Assembly (NCBI GenBank): GCA_050951805.1
Contig: JBMNJT010000004.1
Location: forward strand, 96,001 to 160,000
Length of the DNA: 64,000 nt
Reading direction: 5' to 3'
Origin: Bacillota bacterium
Lineage (GTDB): Bacteria; Bacillota; DTU025
Shown: positions 21,920 to 32,273 of the stretch, one piece after another
Position numbering within the stretch: the first letter of the stretch is position 1
Layout: every line of letters starts with the position of its first letter
Made by a program: the position numbers and the translations under genes
Notes under the pieces: model-generated
Told to the model about the DNA's origin: nothing
What the model saw: the letters and a program-made list of their open reading frames with translations, nothing else
Database searches by the model: none

Positions 21920-22520
21920 ACGTTACCGCTGCCACAGCGCTTCGGTTCGGCTACAGTTCGTCTGCTTCGTCGATGTTGCATGCGATGCAAAACTCCGCAG
22001 TGTGATGAGGACCCTCTGACGGTTGGCCATTCGACGGGCACTGCAACCGGATCATAATTCTCTTTGCCGTATTGCATAGAAAGGCCATTGATATAATAGT
22101 GTGTGCCGCTTCCCAGCTGGACGCCATGGGCAGAATCGATGTGGCCAGAGCAAAAGGAATGCCAAATGGGATGGCGAGTTGGCTCCCGATCATCCTATTT
22201 CCAAAGATCGGGATGGATGTCTCTTGGTCAAGCCCTGCGTCTTTTGGAATATCGTAGTCCTCACGGAATGGCGGGCTACGCGAATCTGCCCAAAAATAGT
22301 GAACGAGTCTGATCGTATTAGGAAAGTCAATGCCACAAAATGTTTCATGTGAAACATTTGACTATGCATTATGCACATAGATGTCCAGAAAACTCTGCTT
22401 TTCATGGCATAAACTCGGTCTGCTCCCGTCTGGCACCTGGGCGAGTTGTTGGCCTCAGCAAGGAGCTGAGGTCCGGACGCATATGCCCTTCTAACATGAG
22501 CGTTCGGGGACGCTGCACGG

Positions 22521-23220
22521 TCAGAACGACCAGTCTTCCCTGGCGAAGCCCCAGCCTGTCTTATCCATCTCCTTGAGGAATCTCGCCAGATAATCTGAAA
22601 GAGCTCCTATCATCTTCTCGCCTTGCTCCCGCGTATCCCCGGTCGCTTTGGTCCTGGAGATCTGGGGTATCGTGGTCTTGATGCTCACTTCAGCCGGGCT
22701 GGCCGGCCACTCGCCCCGTGCTGCATCCATATCAACCAGGTCAGGCACGATCGCCAGCCCTGCAGCTGTTTTGGCTTCGCCGGCGTGCCCAAGGCCGTTC
22801 TCTAGGCCAAAGGTTCCCGGCGGACACAGGCGCGGCCCCGATATCCACCAAGCGTACGACACTGCCGCCTTGGCTGAAGGATACTCTCGGCCAAGGCGTC
22901 TCAAGGCGATGTCGATGGCAGAGTTGTTCCCGCCATGGCCGTTTATGAGGAGAAAACGATCGATGCCTTGGACGATACAGGACTCCAGTAATTCGAAGAC
23001 TACTTGGGAGAGGGTTTCAGGACGGAGACTTAAGTTAAAGGGATACGGCATCAGCGGTCCGTTCTGCTATGGCGTATGCGGCGTAGGTGTCCATGCCCAT
23101 GGGAAGATGATAGCCGTGGCTCTCGGTTGCGCCGATAACAAGAATAGCTTTGTTGAAGTGGGATGCTTCGAACCTGTGCCGGTTGAGCTTTTCCAGTCTG
23201 AATTCGTTTACCTTTGACAT
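22521..23220 (-). pseudogene. Creatininase-family amidohydrolase, split by a deletion/frameshift
   Basis: GATESHGYHLPMGMDT in one frame; LINGHGGN and GHAGE in another; the conserved intervening segment is missing. Confidence 0.8.
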
Positions 23221-23233
23221 CTGCGCTGCCTCC

Positions 23234-24010
23234 TCAGTCAAGCCTGGCCATGACCATTAACTCTATCTCATCCATCAAAAGAGGACGACGCCCCCAATTT
23301 CCTGCAGTGCCGCCCCAGATGTGCTCCACGCTGAACCCCGTTATGTTCAGCATCAGCGTCAGCTCCATTGGGGTGAAGGCTTTCTCCCTTATCACGGAGG
23401 ATAATATGTTTTCCGGCAGTTCGTTGCGGATGTCGTCGGCTATGAACGAGCCTATGGGATGGATTTGGCACAAGGCAATGTTGTCGAATCTTCCTGCGGC
23501 TACATCATCATCGCTGTACATGCGTATAGTCCTGAGGGCGTTGAGAGCAGTAAGAAGGAAGGGGCCCTTTGGAACCAGGGCTGAAGCGATGCCCCTCAAT
23601 ATGGAGATGTCGCGGTCTGCGGCGTTTTCGCCTGAGTTGAGGAGGCCGAAAGCTCCTTCGCACAAGCATATGCATGCATCGTAAGTGCGGTCCAATTTGA
23701 GCTCGGTGGCATCTTGGCGCAGCCACTTCACATCGACTCTCGCCTGTTCTGCTCTGCGGGCAGCCTCATGAAGCATTCCTTCGGATATGTCTACGCCAGT
23801 GACCTGATATCCCCGGTTGGCAAGTTCAACGCTATGCCGTCCGACACCGCAACCTACGTCGAGCACCGATGCGCCAGGCTCAAGGGCCATTATTTCTATT
23901 ATGAAGTCAACCTCTCTGCAGGTGTTGAGGGTGAAAGGCTCGTCCATGTAATAGGGCGCATAGATGTCGAAGAAGCTTTTCCATTCACGGGTCGAATCGT
24001 GCTCAGGCAA
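23234..24010 (-). CDS. Class I SAM-dependent methyltransferase
   Basis: VLDVGCGVGRH, VTGVDIS; AGGAGG + TTG start. Confidence 0.88.
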   Translation of the reverse strand: MPEHDSTREWKSFFDIYAPYYMDEPFTLNTCREVDFIIEIMALEPGASVLDVGCGVGRHSVELANRGYQVTGVDISEGMLHEAARRAEQARVDVKWLRQDATELKLDRTYDACICLCEGAFGLLNSGENAADRDISILRGIASALVPKGPFLLTALNALRTIRMYSDDDVAAGRFDNIALCQIHPIGSFIADDIRNELPENILSSVIREKAFTPMELTLMLNITGFSVEHIWGGTAGNWGRRPLLMDEIELMVMARLD

Positions 24011-24455
24011 AGCTATTCCTCCTCGCGTTATCTTTACCCTGTTTGTTCTGTGTGCGGAGGTCTCTTCCTGCATCGCCCTGACGATGTTGACACCGTTGTG
24101 CCAAGGGCAATCCGGGATTCCCCTGAGCTCGATGAGCAGCTAGCCGAGGCAACCGGGCGTTTTGAAAGGTGTATCGCCGTAGAGGTTTTATTAGAGTATG
24201 GAGTCAAGCTCGACAGAAAGTTGATCGGAACGAGAACCCTAGGGATAAGCGCGGCAAGGTTTGGTTTGATTGGGCCAGTGCCAGATGCGCCTGGGATGCT
24301 TCGTGGCCTCCGAGCTATGTGCCAGGCATAATCTCTCAGGCGTTTGCTGATGATCCGAAGTACTGTTGGCGCCTTCGGGCCGCTGTGCATCGACGGAGGA
24401 GGCCAGAGGCGGCAGCCGCCTCTGGCTCGGTTACGAGCATAGCATAACGAACTGC

Positions 24456-26576
24456 TCAGGCCAGCCCAAAAAGGCGACCCACTTGATAGATTATGACTGC
24501 AAGCGTCCACCCGAGCACGAGAGTATATGCCACGGCGAAAGCCGTCCATCGCCGAGAACCTGTCTCCCTGCGTATGGCCGCAATCGTGGCTGTGCACGGT
24601 ATGTATGTGAGGGCCATAACCATGAATGAATAGGCCGCGAGCGGGGTCCAGCTGGCTCTGATCGCAGCGATGAGTCCCGCTTCCCCTGTTGTGCCGTAGA
24701 GGACTCCCAGGGTGCCGACGATGAGCTCCTTGGCTATCACCCCAAAGAGCAAGGCCGCTGCTGCTTGCCATTGGCCGAAGCCTGCGGGGGCAAGAATGGG
24801 AGCTATTGCCTTTCCAATTCTCCCTATCAGCGAATCCGGGCTGCCGGGATCGACGCCTGGCGGCAGATTGGACAATGCCCATACCAGGACGACTGAGAGC
24901 AGGATGACTGTGCCTGCCTTCTCCAGGAATTCCTTTCCCCTTTCCCACGTCTGAATCAGGACCCCGGATATTCTCGGCATGCGATACGGCGGCAGTTCAA
25001 GGACGAATGTGGCCTCGTCATCCGGTTCCACAAATAGGCTCAATACCTTGGCAACGATGAAAGCTAGCACAACTCCGAGGGCGTACAAGGAGAAGACAAC
25101 CAGTCCGCGGCGGCTTTCGAAGAAAGCTGTGGCGAACAGTACGTACACAGGTAGACGCGCTGCGCAGGATATTAGAGGGTTAATCAATATGGATATAAGG
25201 CGGTCGCGCTTGCTGTCCAGGCTTCTGGTGGCCAGAATGCCCGTGACGTTGCATCCGAACCCGAGGATCATCGGGATGAAGGCTTTCCCGTGAAGCCCGA
25301 CTGACCGCATCAGCCTGTCTGATAGCACTGCAGCCCTTGCCATGTAGCCCACGTCTTCAAGAAGTGAGATCATCAAAAAAAGCATGAATATTGGCGGTGC
25401 GAACTCCAATACGGCCCCTAGTCCCCCGACTACGCCTTCTACGAGCAAGCCAATAACGATATTGGGTGTTCCCGCCGCTTCCAGAGAACCTGCAAGCCAG
25501 GTGCCGAATGTTGCAAATAAGCCGCTGAGTGCGTCTGCAATTGGCTCGCTGAGGGTAAATGTTATCTGAAACATTAGCCATACTACGACGAAGAATATGG
25601 GATATGCGAGCCACGGATGGAGCACGAACTTGTCGATACGCTGCGTAGGAGTGATCTCGGCGTCATCTGGGCGTGAGACTATGACGGACGCGGAGATGCT
25701 TGCCGCAAGTTCGTAGCGCTTTTCGGCAATCAAGTCCACAGCTTCACGGCCTGCTGCCTTCTTTACGCGCGCGCAGGCCTCCTCTGCTGCGACTTCGAGT
25801 TCGGCAATTAGCTTTCCATAGGCCGTGTTGGCCTGTTCATTCGCTGAATTCCTGATTTCCTGCAAAATGTCGGCGTCTTTTTCAAGCAGCTTTATGGCCA
25901 GCCACCGCGCAGATCGTCTACGGCAGAGATCCGGGACGCCGGCAAGTGCCTGCTCGAGCAGGGCAATTTCCTTCTCCAAAATGGGGCCGTAGTCTATCCA
26001 GTATGAAGGCGTTCCGGCATCGGCGGGTTTTTCTACATCTTCGAGGCCTTCAGCCCCGGCGACCGCATTGGCAGTCTTGAGGGCGAGATCGACTAGTTCC
26101 TCGACTCCTCTTCCATGAACGGCAGCTGTGGGCACGACCCCGACTCCGAGGTGGTTCGACAGCTCATCTATGTCTATATCGAGGCCGAGCTCTTCAGCCT
26201 CGTCTATCATGTTCAGTGCCACAATGGTGGGCACGCCCATCTCCAGCATCTGAAGGGTTAGGTAGAGGTTTCTTTCGAGATTCGTAGCGTCAACGACGTT
26301 TATTGCCACGTCTGGGTGCTCGTGCATGATGAAGTTACGGGCAATTACCTCATCCAGCGCTCGCGAGCTGAAAGCGTAAGTACCCGGCAGGTCCACGACT
26401 AATGCTGAGGTGTCGCCTCTTGTCAATGTGCCCTCTTTTCGCTCTACTGTGACTCCGGGCCAATTGCCCACGTGTTGTCTTGACCCTGTCATTGCATTGA
26501 AAAGGGCTGTCTTCCCTGAGTTGGGGTTGCCCGCAATTGCTATGACAGGCCTAGAGTGTGCACTTGAATGGTTCAT
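24456..26576 (-). CDS. feoB: Ferrous iron transporter B
   Basis: GNPNSGKT, VGNWPGVTVE, DLPGTY, GFGCNV, ELPPYRMP. Confidence 0.96.
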   Translation of the reverse strand: MNHSSAHSRPVIAIAGNPNSGKTALFNAMTGSRQHVGNWPGVTVERKEGTLTRGDTSALVVDLPGTYAFSSRALDEVIARNFIMHEHPDVAINVVDATNLERNLYLTLQMLEMGVPTIVALNMIDEAEELGLDIDIDELSNHLGVGVVPTAAVHGRGVEELVDLALKTANAVAGAEGLEDVEKPADAGTPSYWIDYGPILEKEIALLEQALAGVPDLCRRRSARWLAIKLLEKDADILQEIRNSANEQANTAYGKLIAELEVAAEEACARVKKAAGREAVDLIAEKRYELAASISASVIVSRPDDAEITPTQRIDKFVLHPWLAYPIFFVVVWLMFQITFTLSEPIADALSGLFATFGTWLAGSLEAAGTPNIVIGLLVEGVVGGLGAVLEFAPPIFMLFLMISLLEDVGYMARAAVLSDRLMRSVGLHGKAFIPMILGFGCNVTGILATRSLDSKRDRLISILINPLISCAARLPVYVLFATAFFESRRGLVVFSLYALGVVLAFIVAKVLSLFVEPDDEATFVLELPPYRMPRISGVLIQTWERGKEFLEKAGTVILLSVVLVWALSNLPPGVDPGSPDSLIGRIGKAIAPILAPAGFGQWQAAAALLFGVIAKELIVGTLGVLYGTTGEAGLIAAIRASWTPLAAYSFMVMALTYIPCTATIAAIRRETGSRRWTAFAVAYTLVLGWTLAVIIYQVGRLFGLA

Positions 26577-26637
26577 CTCATTGTGCCTCCGTAGATGATT
26601 CGTGTAAATAATGTATAAAGCCTAAAAGACGCATAAT

Positions 26638-26655
26638 AGTTACCAACGCCTAACT
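26638..26655. promoter_or_regulatory. Candidate DtxR/MntR-family operator upstream of feoB
   Basis: AGTTA-CCAACGCC-TAACT, similar to the box at 27535. Confidence 0.5.
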
Positions 26656-26703
26656 TTTGGTCCAAAAAGAGTGCGCCCAATGGACGCCCGTGCGAGTATT
26701 TCT

Positions 26704-27096
26704 CTATTCAGTGCAATCTGCTTTCCTGTGTTGATGGCGCCCGCTTTCCCGCAGGCATTTATCGCCTGAGGCCGCCACCTGTCCATGTCTGTGGCGTCGA
26801 CGGAACGGCCCGTGATTTTCCAGCTTGCATGCTTCCGAGCAGGGCCTGTCAGCACACGGTATGACGGATATGCCTGCCGCTTCGCCTCTTCGCAGACCGA
26901 GGCGGCAGCCGCGGGCACACACTATCAGGGGATCTCCGAAGGGCGCTGTCCCTTCTATGCAGACTTCTGTTCCAGGGGTCAAGCCCATATCCATCAACCG
27001 TCTCCTGAGTGGTCCCTCACAATCTATGCTCAGGATTGTTCCCCGATCGCCCGGATTGAGTTGGCTGAGGGATATTGCTCCGTTAGCATCGCTCAT
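26704..27096 (-). CDS. feoA: Ferrous iron transport protein A
   Basis: RRRLMDMGLTPGTEV..APFGDP..LRRGEA. Confidence 0.92.
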   Translation of the reverse strand: MSDANGAISLSQLNPGDRGTILSIDCEGPLRRRLMDMGLTPGTEVCIEGTAPFGDPLIVCARGCRLGLRRGEAAGISVIPCADRPCSEACKLENHGPFRRRHRHGQVAASGDKCLRESGRHQHRKADCTE

Positions 27097-27482
27097 TCCG
27101 CGTCTCTCCTCTCCATGAATTCAACTAGTCCGTTCATTGTGTCTTTGCTGACTACATGCTCTATCTGGCACGCATCTTCTTCTGCTATGTGTTCGGCCAC
27201 GCCTAGCACCGATACGAGAAAGGCTTTGATGGTGTGGTGGCGCCTGGACACGGCTCGAGCCTGTTCGTCCCCGGAGTCTGTGAGAAAGACTGGACCGTAC
27301 TTTTCGCGCTCAATTAGGCCGCGATCGACCAAAAGCCCCATTGCCTGATTGACGCTGGCTTTCGATACGCCGAGCTTATCAGCTATATCGGTGGTACGGG
27401 CAGCACCGCTTTCGTCCGCCACTTCCAGCACGGCTTCGAGGTAATCTTCGAGCGACGGCGATATTGGCGTTGAGTTCTTCAC
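27093..27482 (-). CDS. DtxR/MntR-family metal-dependent regulator
   Basis: SLEDYLEA, HTH, RRHHTI, EDACQIEH. Confidence 0.92.
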   Translation of the reverse strand: MKNSTPISPSLEDYLEAVLEVADESGAARTTDIADKLGVSKASVNQAMGLLVDRGLIEREKYGPVFLTDSGDEQARAVSRRHHTIKAFLVSVLGVAEHIAEEDACQIEHVVSKDTMNGLVEFMERRDAE

Positions 27483-27534
27483 TTCTTTCTCCCACCTTCA
27501 TACTGAGGCGGCCGATCTGGATCAGCCGAAAGCT

Positions 27535-27554
27535 AAGTAAGGCATGACTAACTT
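27535..27554. promoter_or_regulatory. Candidate DtxR/MntR-family operator
   Basis: Imperfect palindrome AAGTAAGGCATGACTAACTT upstream of the regulator gene. Confidence 0.55.
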
Positions 27555-28034
27555 GCCCTGATAAGAATCTATGCCATTTTTCAGGAGATGTCAAGAGCTT
27601 TCTGACGCGTATTGACATGTACGTGCCGTAGCGGGAAAATAATTATGGACATATGACCAATATGCAACGATATAATCTACCCGTCTCGACTGGCCTTTAT
27701 CAACTCTATCCAGGTGCGATACGTCCTGGGACGGGAAGGCAGTTTGAAGGACTCATGTGCGTTCAGTGCAGGTTAGCCATAGTCAATTGCGTGCTCAGGG
27801 GATGGGTGTAGATGGGATGAGAGGGCACCTGGTTGTCTCTTTGCAAGTTGCAGTTGAGCCTGGGGCTTTCCTTTGTAGCCTTAAAACATCGCCTTGGGCG
27901 ACTATATCGCACGCGGGCCCTAACCCTAAGGAACGTGAATTTCAGGATCCCGCAATATTCGATTGTAAGCGGCTCAGATTGCTGTTGCGCCGATTGAAGA
28001 AAACTTGAAAGATCTCTGACTAGGAGCTGATATT

Positions 28035-28523
28035 ATGCCGAGGCCTCCAAAATGCAGAAGAGTCGAGTTCATGCCCGAAGTGACTGTCTTCAAGCCTGCT
28101 GGCGTTCGATTGGCGGAGATGGAAGAGGAGATCCTCCTCCTGGAAGAACTGGAGGCTCTGCGCCTCAAGGATGTTGAAGGGCTAGAGCAAGAGGAGTGCG
28201 CCGATAGGATGCAAGTGTCCCGGCCTACATTCCAGAGGGTGCTCTCTTCAGCCAGGGAGAAGGTGGCCCGGGCGCTGGTCGAAGGTAAGGCTATCCGGAT
28301 CGAAGGCGGAACCTACCGTCTTGCTGCGCGGAAGCTGCGGTGCGAGGATTGCAGTTATGAGTTCGAGGCACCCGTTGCCATGTATCGCCAAGGCGCCGGA
28401 GCGGCTTGCCCTAGGTGCGGTGCGCGTCATGGGCGACGTAACGACGGGGACCAGACAGCAGGCGGCATGATGCACCACGGGCGCTGTGGCAGGGGGTGGA
28501 GGAATACCGAAGGCGACGAATAG
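28035..28523 (+). CDS. DUF134 (UPF0251) HTH protein with C-terminal Zn ribbon
   Basis: MPRPPKCRRV..FKPAG..ELEALRLKDVEGLEQEECA..VSRPTFQR; CEDC..CPRC. Confidence 0.92.
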   Translation: MPRPPKCRRVEFMPEVTVFKPAGVRLAEMEEEILLLEELEALRLKDVEGLEQEECADRMQVSRPTFQRVLSSAREKVARALVEGKAIRIEGGTYRLAARKLRCEDCSYEFEAPVAMYRQGAGAACPRCGARHGRRNDGDQTAGGMMHHGRCGRGWRNTEGDE

Positions 28524-28646
28524 AGGTTAAAGCTTCAAGGTGCATCCAAAGCGGCCACATGCCAGGCAACTGACCTTTACACCTTGCCAAAAACCTTTGC
28601 TTGTTTCGCCGGGGCCAAATGAGGCAACCAGAGTATACGGGGGGCG

Positions 28647-29621
28647 TTGAGTTTGAAATACATCTTTGGTCCAGTTCCCTCAAGACGGCTGTGCCGTTCG
28701 TTGGGGGTCGACTTGATTCCGTACAAGCATTGTTCCTTCGACTGCATCTATTGCCAGCTCGGCGCGACCGTCCACAAGAGGGCGGAGCGCCAGCAATTCG
28801 TCGAGACAGGCGAGGTCATCGCCGAGCTCGAGTCGGCTTTGCCCTGTGTGGAAGCCGACTACGTCACTTTGTCGGGGTCGGGCGAACCCACCCTATGCTT
28901 GGGGATAGGGGAGCTGATCGAGGGGATAAAGGAATTGACAGAGATTCCTGTGGCGGTTCTGACCAATAGCTCGCTCATGTCATGTGCTGAGGTCCGAAAA
29001 GAGCTCCTTGGCGCGGACCTTGTGATTCCTTCTGTTGATGCCGCAACGCAAGACGTTTTTGAAAGGATAAACCGCCCATGCTCCGGATTGAGAATCGAGG
29101 ACATCCTCTGCGGCTTGGAGGAGTTCTCGTATGAGTACTCGGGGAAGCTTTGGATAGAAGTGATGATGGTCAGGGACATAAACGACAGTGATGATGAAAT
29201 CGACAAGATAGCCTCTGCCCTAACACGCATAAGGTGTGAAAAGATCCAGCTCAATACGGTGGAAAGGCCTCCCGCCGAATCCTTTGCCCGCGCACTGACA
29301 CAGGGGGCGCTGGAAAAAGCGAGAAGACGGTTTGACGATCGGGCGGAGTTGATCGTGGCGTCCGGGATTTATCAGGACGCTGATGGGTCTTTTCATAGCC
29401 CAGCCGGGGCCGGGCTGGGGGCGCCCGGGATCGAAGCGGACTGTGGGCGGGTGCTTGAGCTCCTCAAGAGACGGCCGTGCACCGTCAGGGACATAGCCGA
29501 AGGGCTCGATCTCAACATCAATGAGGCCGCTAAGTTTGTGGGGATTCTCAAGGGAGAAGGACTTATCTGCGCCATCCGCCGAGAAGGACGGGCCTATTTC
29601 TTCGCCAACGATGGAAACTGA
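28647..29621 (+). CDS. Radical SAM protein (COG0731/TYW1-like)
   Basis: FGPVPSRRL..SLGVD, CSFDCIYC, SGSGEPTL. Confidence 0.9.
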   Translation: MSLKYIFGPVPSRRLCRSLGVDLIPYKHCSFDCIYCQLGATVHKRAERQQFVETGEVIAELESALPCVEADYVTLSGSGEPTLCLGIGELIEGIKELTEIPVAVLTNSSLMSCAEVRKELLGADLVIPSVDAATQDVFERINRPCSGLRIEDILCGLEEFSYEYSGKLWIEVMMVRDINDSDDEIDKIASALTRIRCEKIQLNTVERPPAESFARALTQGALEKARRRFDDRAELIVASGIYQDADGSFHSPAGAGLGAPGIEADCGRVLELLKRRPCTVRDIAEGLDLNINEAAKFVGILKGEGLICAIRREGRAYFFANDGN

Positions 29622-29650
29622 ACCATTGCGGGCACATTTCTGCGCTCAGA

Positions 29651-29705
29651 TTATTGACATATGCTCATAACCACGGGTATACTGATAATGAACATATGCC
29701 CATAA
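29651..29705 (+). promoter_or_regulatory. sigmaA promoter overlapped and followed by two CATATG-centred palindromes
   Basis: TTGACA 29654 - 18 bp - TATACT 29678; boxes TTATTGACATATGCTCATAA and TAATGAACATATGCCCATAA. Confidence 0.7.
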
Positions 29706-29833
29706 CCCTACAACAGCAATTGATGGCGTCAAGCCAAGCACGTATTCAATCCAACCGGAGGATGGGCATATGAAAAAGCCGTGGAGGTAGTCGTTCGATC
29801 AAACCCCAAGGCTTTGGAGAGGAGGTGCTTTAC

Positions 29834-30244
29834 ATGCCGAGAGGAGATGGAAGAGGACCAACTGGTTTCGGTCCTATGACAGGCAGGGGCGCAGGCTTCT
29901 GCACCGGATATGATGTTCCTGGATATGCTAATCCCGCAATGGGCAGGGGGCCGGGATTTGGACGCGCTCCGCGCTGTTATGGGGGAGGCGGATTCGGACG
30001 AGGGTACAGAAGGATGTACTACGCGACGGGACTGCCGAGATGGATGCGTTCTGGAGCAGGGGCATGGGGTCAGGCCGCGTACGGGCCTGCTTACAGCCCT
30101 TACGCCCAAGAGGCCATGAGGCCGTCGAAAGAACAGGAGATAGGCTATCTAAAACGACAGTCAGAGTTTCTCATGGAGGAGCTCGAGGCCGTCCGGGGGC
30201 GTCTGAGCGAGCTTTCTGGTTCCCAAGAGTACGATGAAGGCTAG
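29834..30244 (+). CDS. DUF5320 family Gly-rich protein
   Basis: MPRGDGRGPTGFGPMTGRGAGFC, ATGLPRW, C-terminal coiled coil. Confidence 0.88.
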   Translation: MPRGDGRGPTGFGPMTGRGAGFCTGYDVPGYANPAMGRGPGFGRAPRCYGGGGFGRGYRRMYYATGLPRWMRSGAGAWGQAAYGPAYSPYAQEAMRPSKEQEIGYLKRQSEFLMEELEAVRGRLSELSGSQEYDEG

Positions 30245-30368
30245 TCCTTCGAGGCGAAGGGGTGAGAGAGGTCGGATTTGAGCGTCCTTCGGCTCCTTCG
30301 CCGGCCAGCAATCGACCTGTACCGAGGATAGTGGACAAAGTTGCCGGAGGTTAAGGGGAGATGGTAGT

Positions 30369-30755
30369 TTGAAGCTAGCAGTAACGGCGCAGGGAACCAG
30401 CCTCTCAGCCGGGTTGGACCCGCGTTTCGGCAGGTGCGAACATTTTGTGATCATAGACGTCGATACCGAGGAATTCGAAGCATTCTCCAACGAGAGCGTT
30501 ATGGCGTCAGGCGGAGCGGGAACTGAAAGCGCCCAGTTTCTTGCTGACAAGGGCGCAGAGGCGGTCGTTACCGGAAATGTTGGTCCCAATGCAGCGATGG
30601 CTCTGGAAGCCGCGGGCATAAAGGTCTACAGAATGTCTTCCGGGACAGTGAAGGACGCTTTGGAGGCTTTTAAGTCAGGGACGCTCGAGGCAATTTCCGG
30701 ACCTACAGTCAATTCCCATCATGGAATGGGCGGGCATGGCCGCGGGGGTCGCTAG
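30369..30755 (+). CDS. NifB/NifX-family protein
   Basis: DPRFGRCEHF, GAG..AQ, TGNVGPNA. Confidence 0.9.
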   Translation: MKLAVTAQGTSLSAGLDPRFGRCEHFVIIDVDTEEFEAFSNESVMASGGAGTESAQFLADKGAEAVVTGNVGPNAAMALEAAGIKVYRMSSGTVKDALEAFKSGTLEAISGPTVNSHHGMGGHGRGGR

Positions 30756-30868
30756 GCTCAAGGGCTGGGCCAGCTGGCAAGTGGGGCAGACCCCGTCGGC
30801 GCAAACGGAGCTTCCCACGATAGGATCGAGCAGAATTGGTCTTTTCACATTTAAGGGGGTAACCATAG

Positions 30869-31276
30869 ATGAAGATTGCTGTGGCAACTGACGGTTCCAC
30901 CGTCTCGCCTCATTTCGGGCATTGCTCTGAATTCACCATAGTCACAGTGGAAAACGGCAAGGCCGTCGATTCGGCCATTCTTCCAAACCCCGAGCATCAA
31001 CCCGATTTTCTCCCTCAGTACCTTTCTGAACACGGAGTTTCATGCATCATCGCAGGCGGAATGGGTCCAAGGGCCCAGCAACACTTTGCTGCTAGGGGCA
31101 TTAAGACCGTGATAGGAGCGTCCGGGAGTGTGGACGATGTCGTCCACGCGTATCTTGCGGGATCTCTTGAGGTGGGCGAGAGCGCTTGCGATCACGGCCA
31201 CGGACATGAGCAGCACGGTGAATGCGGACACGGGGAAAACGGGGGAACCCATAGGCGCGGCTGCGGCCACAACTAG
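30869..31276 (+). CDS. NifB/NifX-family protein with His-rich tail
   Basis: VSPHFGHC, IIAGGMGPRA, CDHGHGHEQH. Confidence 0.9.
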   Translation: MKIAVATDGSTVSPHFGHCSEFTIVTVENGKAVDSAILPNPEHQPDFLPQYLSEHGVSCIIAGGMGPRAQQHFAARGIKTVIGASGSVDDVVHAYLAGSLEVGESACDHGHGHEQHGECGHGENGGTHRRGCGHN

Positions 31277-31373
31277 CGGGGGATTGGCGGGCAGGCCCGT
31301 TAGAGCCTGCCTGTTTTTGGAAGGACAAAATACGCGAAGTTGGGGCATGCACGATGAATGGTGGCGATGGAAT

Positions 31374-32273
31374 GTGATTGTTTCAATAGCGAGCGGCAAA
31401 GGAGGAACGGGCAAGACTACTGTCGCGGTCAACTTGGCGTTGGCCTTGGAGGGGGCTATGCCGATACGCTTTTTGGACTGCGATGTTGAGGAGCCCAATG
31501 CCCATCTTTTCCTCCATCCCGAAATCGAGCGCTCCGAAAAAGTAAGTTTGCCAGTTCCGGTTGTGGACGAGAGCAAGTGTAACGGATGCGGAAAATGCGC
31601 CCGGGTGTGCGCTTTCCATGCGATCCTTGCCTTCAGCTCCCGGACGATCGTCCTGCCCGAGCTCTGTCATGGATGCGGGGGGTGTGCGCTTCTTTGCCCG
31701 CAGGGGGCGATAACGGAGAGCCCGAAGGTGATCGGGGAAGTGGAGACGGGGCGCGCAGGAGATATCAGGTTTGCCCATGGACGGACAGGGATCGGAAGCC
31801 CTCTGGCACCGCCTGTGGTGAAAGCGGTGAGGGAGGCGTTGGACAAGGAAGGCCTAGGGGCCGGGTTGACGATCATAGACGCGCCCCCCGGGACGTCCTG
31901 TCCGGTTGTGGCTTCGATCAAGGGCAGCGATTACTGCGTGCTGGTGACGGAGCCTACGCCCTTCGGCCTCAACGATCTTGGGCTGGCCGTTGGACTGGTT
32001 CGGGAGCTAGGCATACCCTGCGGCGTAGTGATTAACAGGGCCGGGTTGGGGGATGAGGCCGTTTCAGCCTATTGCAGCCGCGAGGGCATCCCTGTGTTGC
32101 TTGAAATACCATACGACAGGAAGTACGCCGAATGCTACGCTAAGGGCGGAAGGCTTGTGGATGACTTTCCAGAGCTCCGAGGCGCTTTGAAGGGGTTGTG
32201 GCGCAAGATCAGTGCGAGCGGCGAATCTGGCGCAGAGGGAGAGGATGGGCGAAGGGAGATGGGTGAGATATGA
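31374..32273 (+). CDS. MinD-superfamily P-loop ATPase with inserted ferredoxin (COG1149)
   Basis: SGKGGTGKTT, DCDVEEPN, two CxxCxxCxxxC, DAPPGTSCP. Confidence 0.9.
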   Translation: MIVSIASGKGGTGKTTVAVNLALALEGAMPIRFLDCDVEEPNAHLFLHPEIERSEKVSLPVPVVDESKCNGCGKCARVCAFHAILAFSSRTIVLPELCHGCGGCALLCPQGAITESPKVIGEVETGRAGDIRFAHGRTGIGSPLAPPVVKAVREALDKEGLGAGLTIIDAPPGTSCPVVASIKGSDYCVLVTEPTPFGLNDLGLAVGLVRELGIPCGVVINRAGLGDEAVSAYCSREGIPVLLEIPYDRKYAECYAKGGRLVDDFPELRGALKGLWRKISASGESGAEGEDGRREMGEI

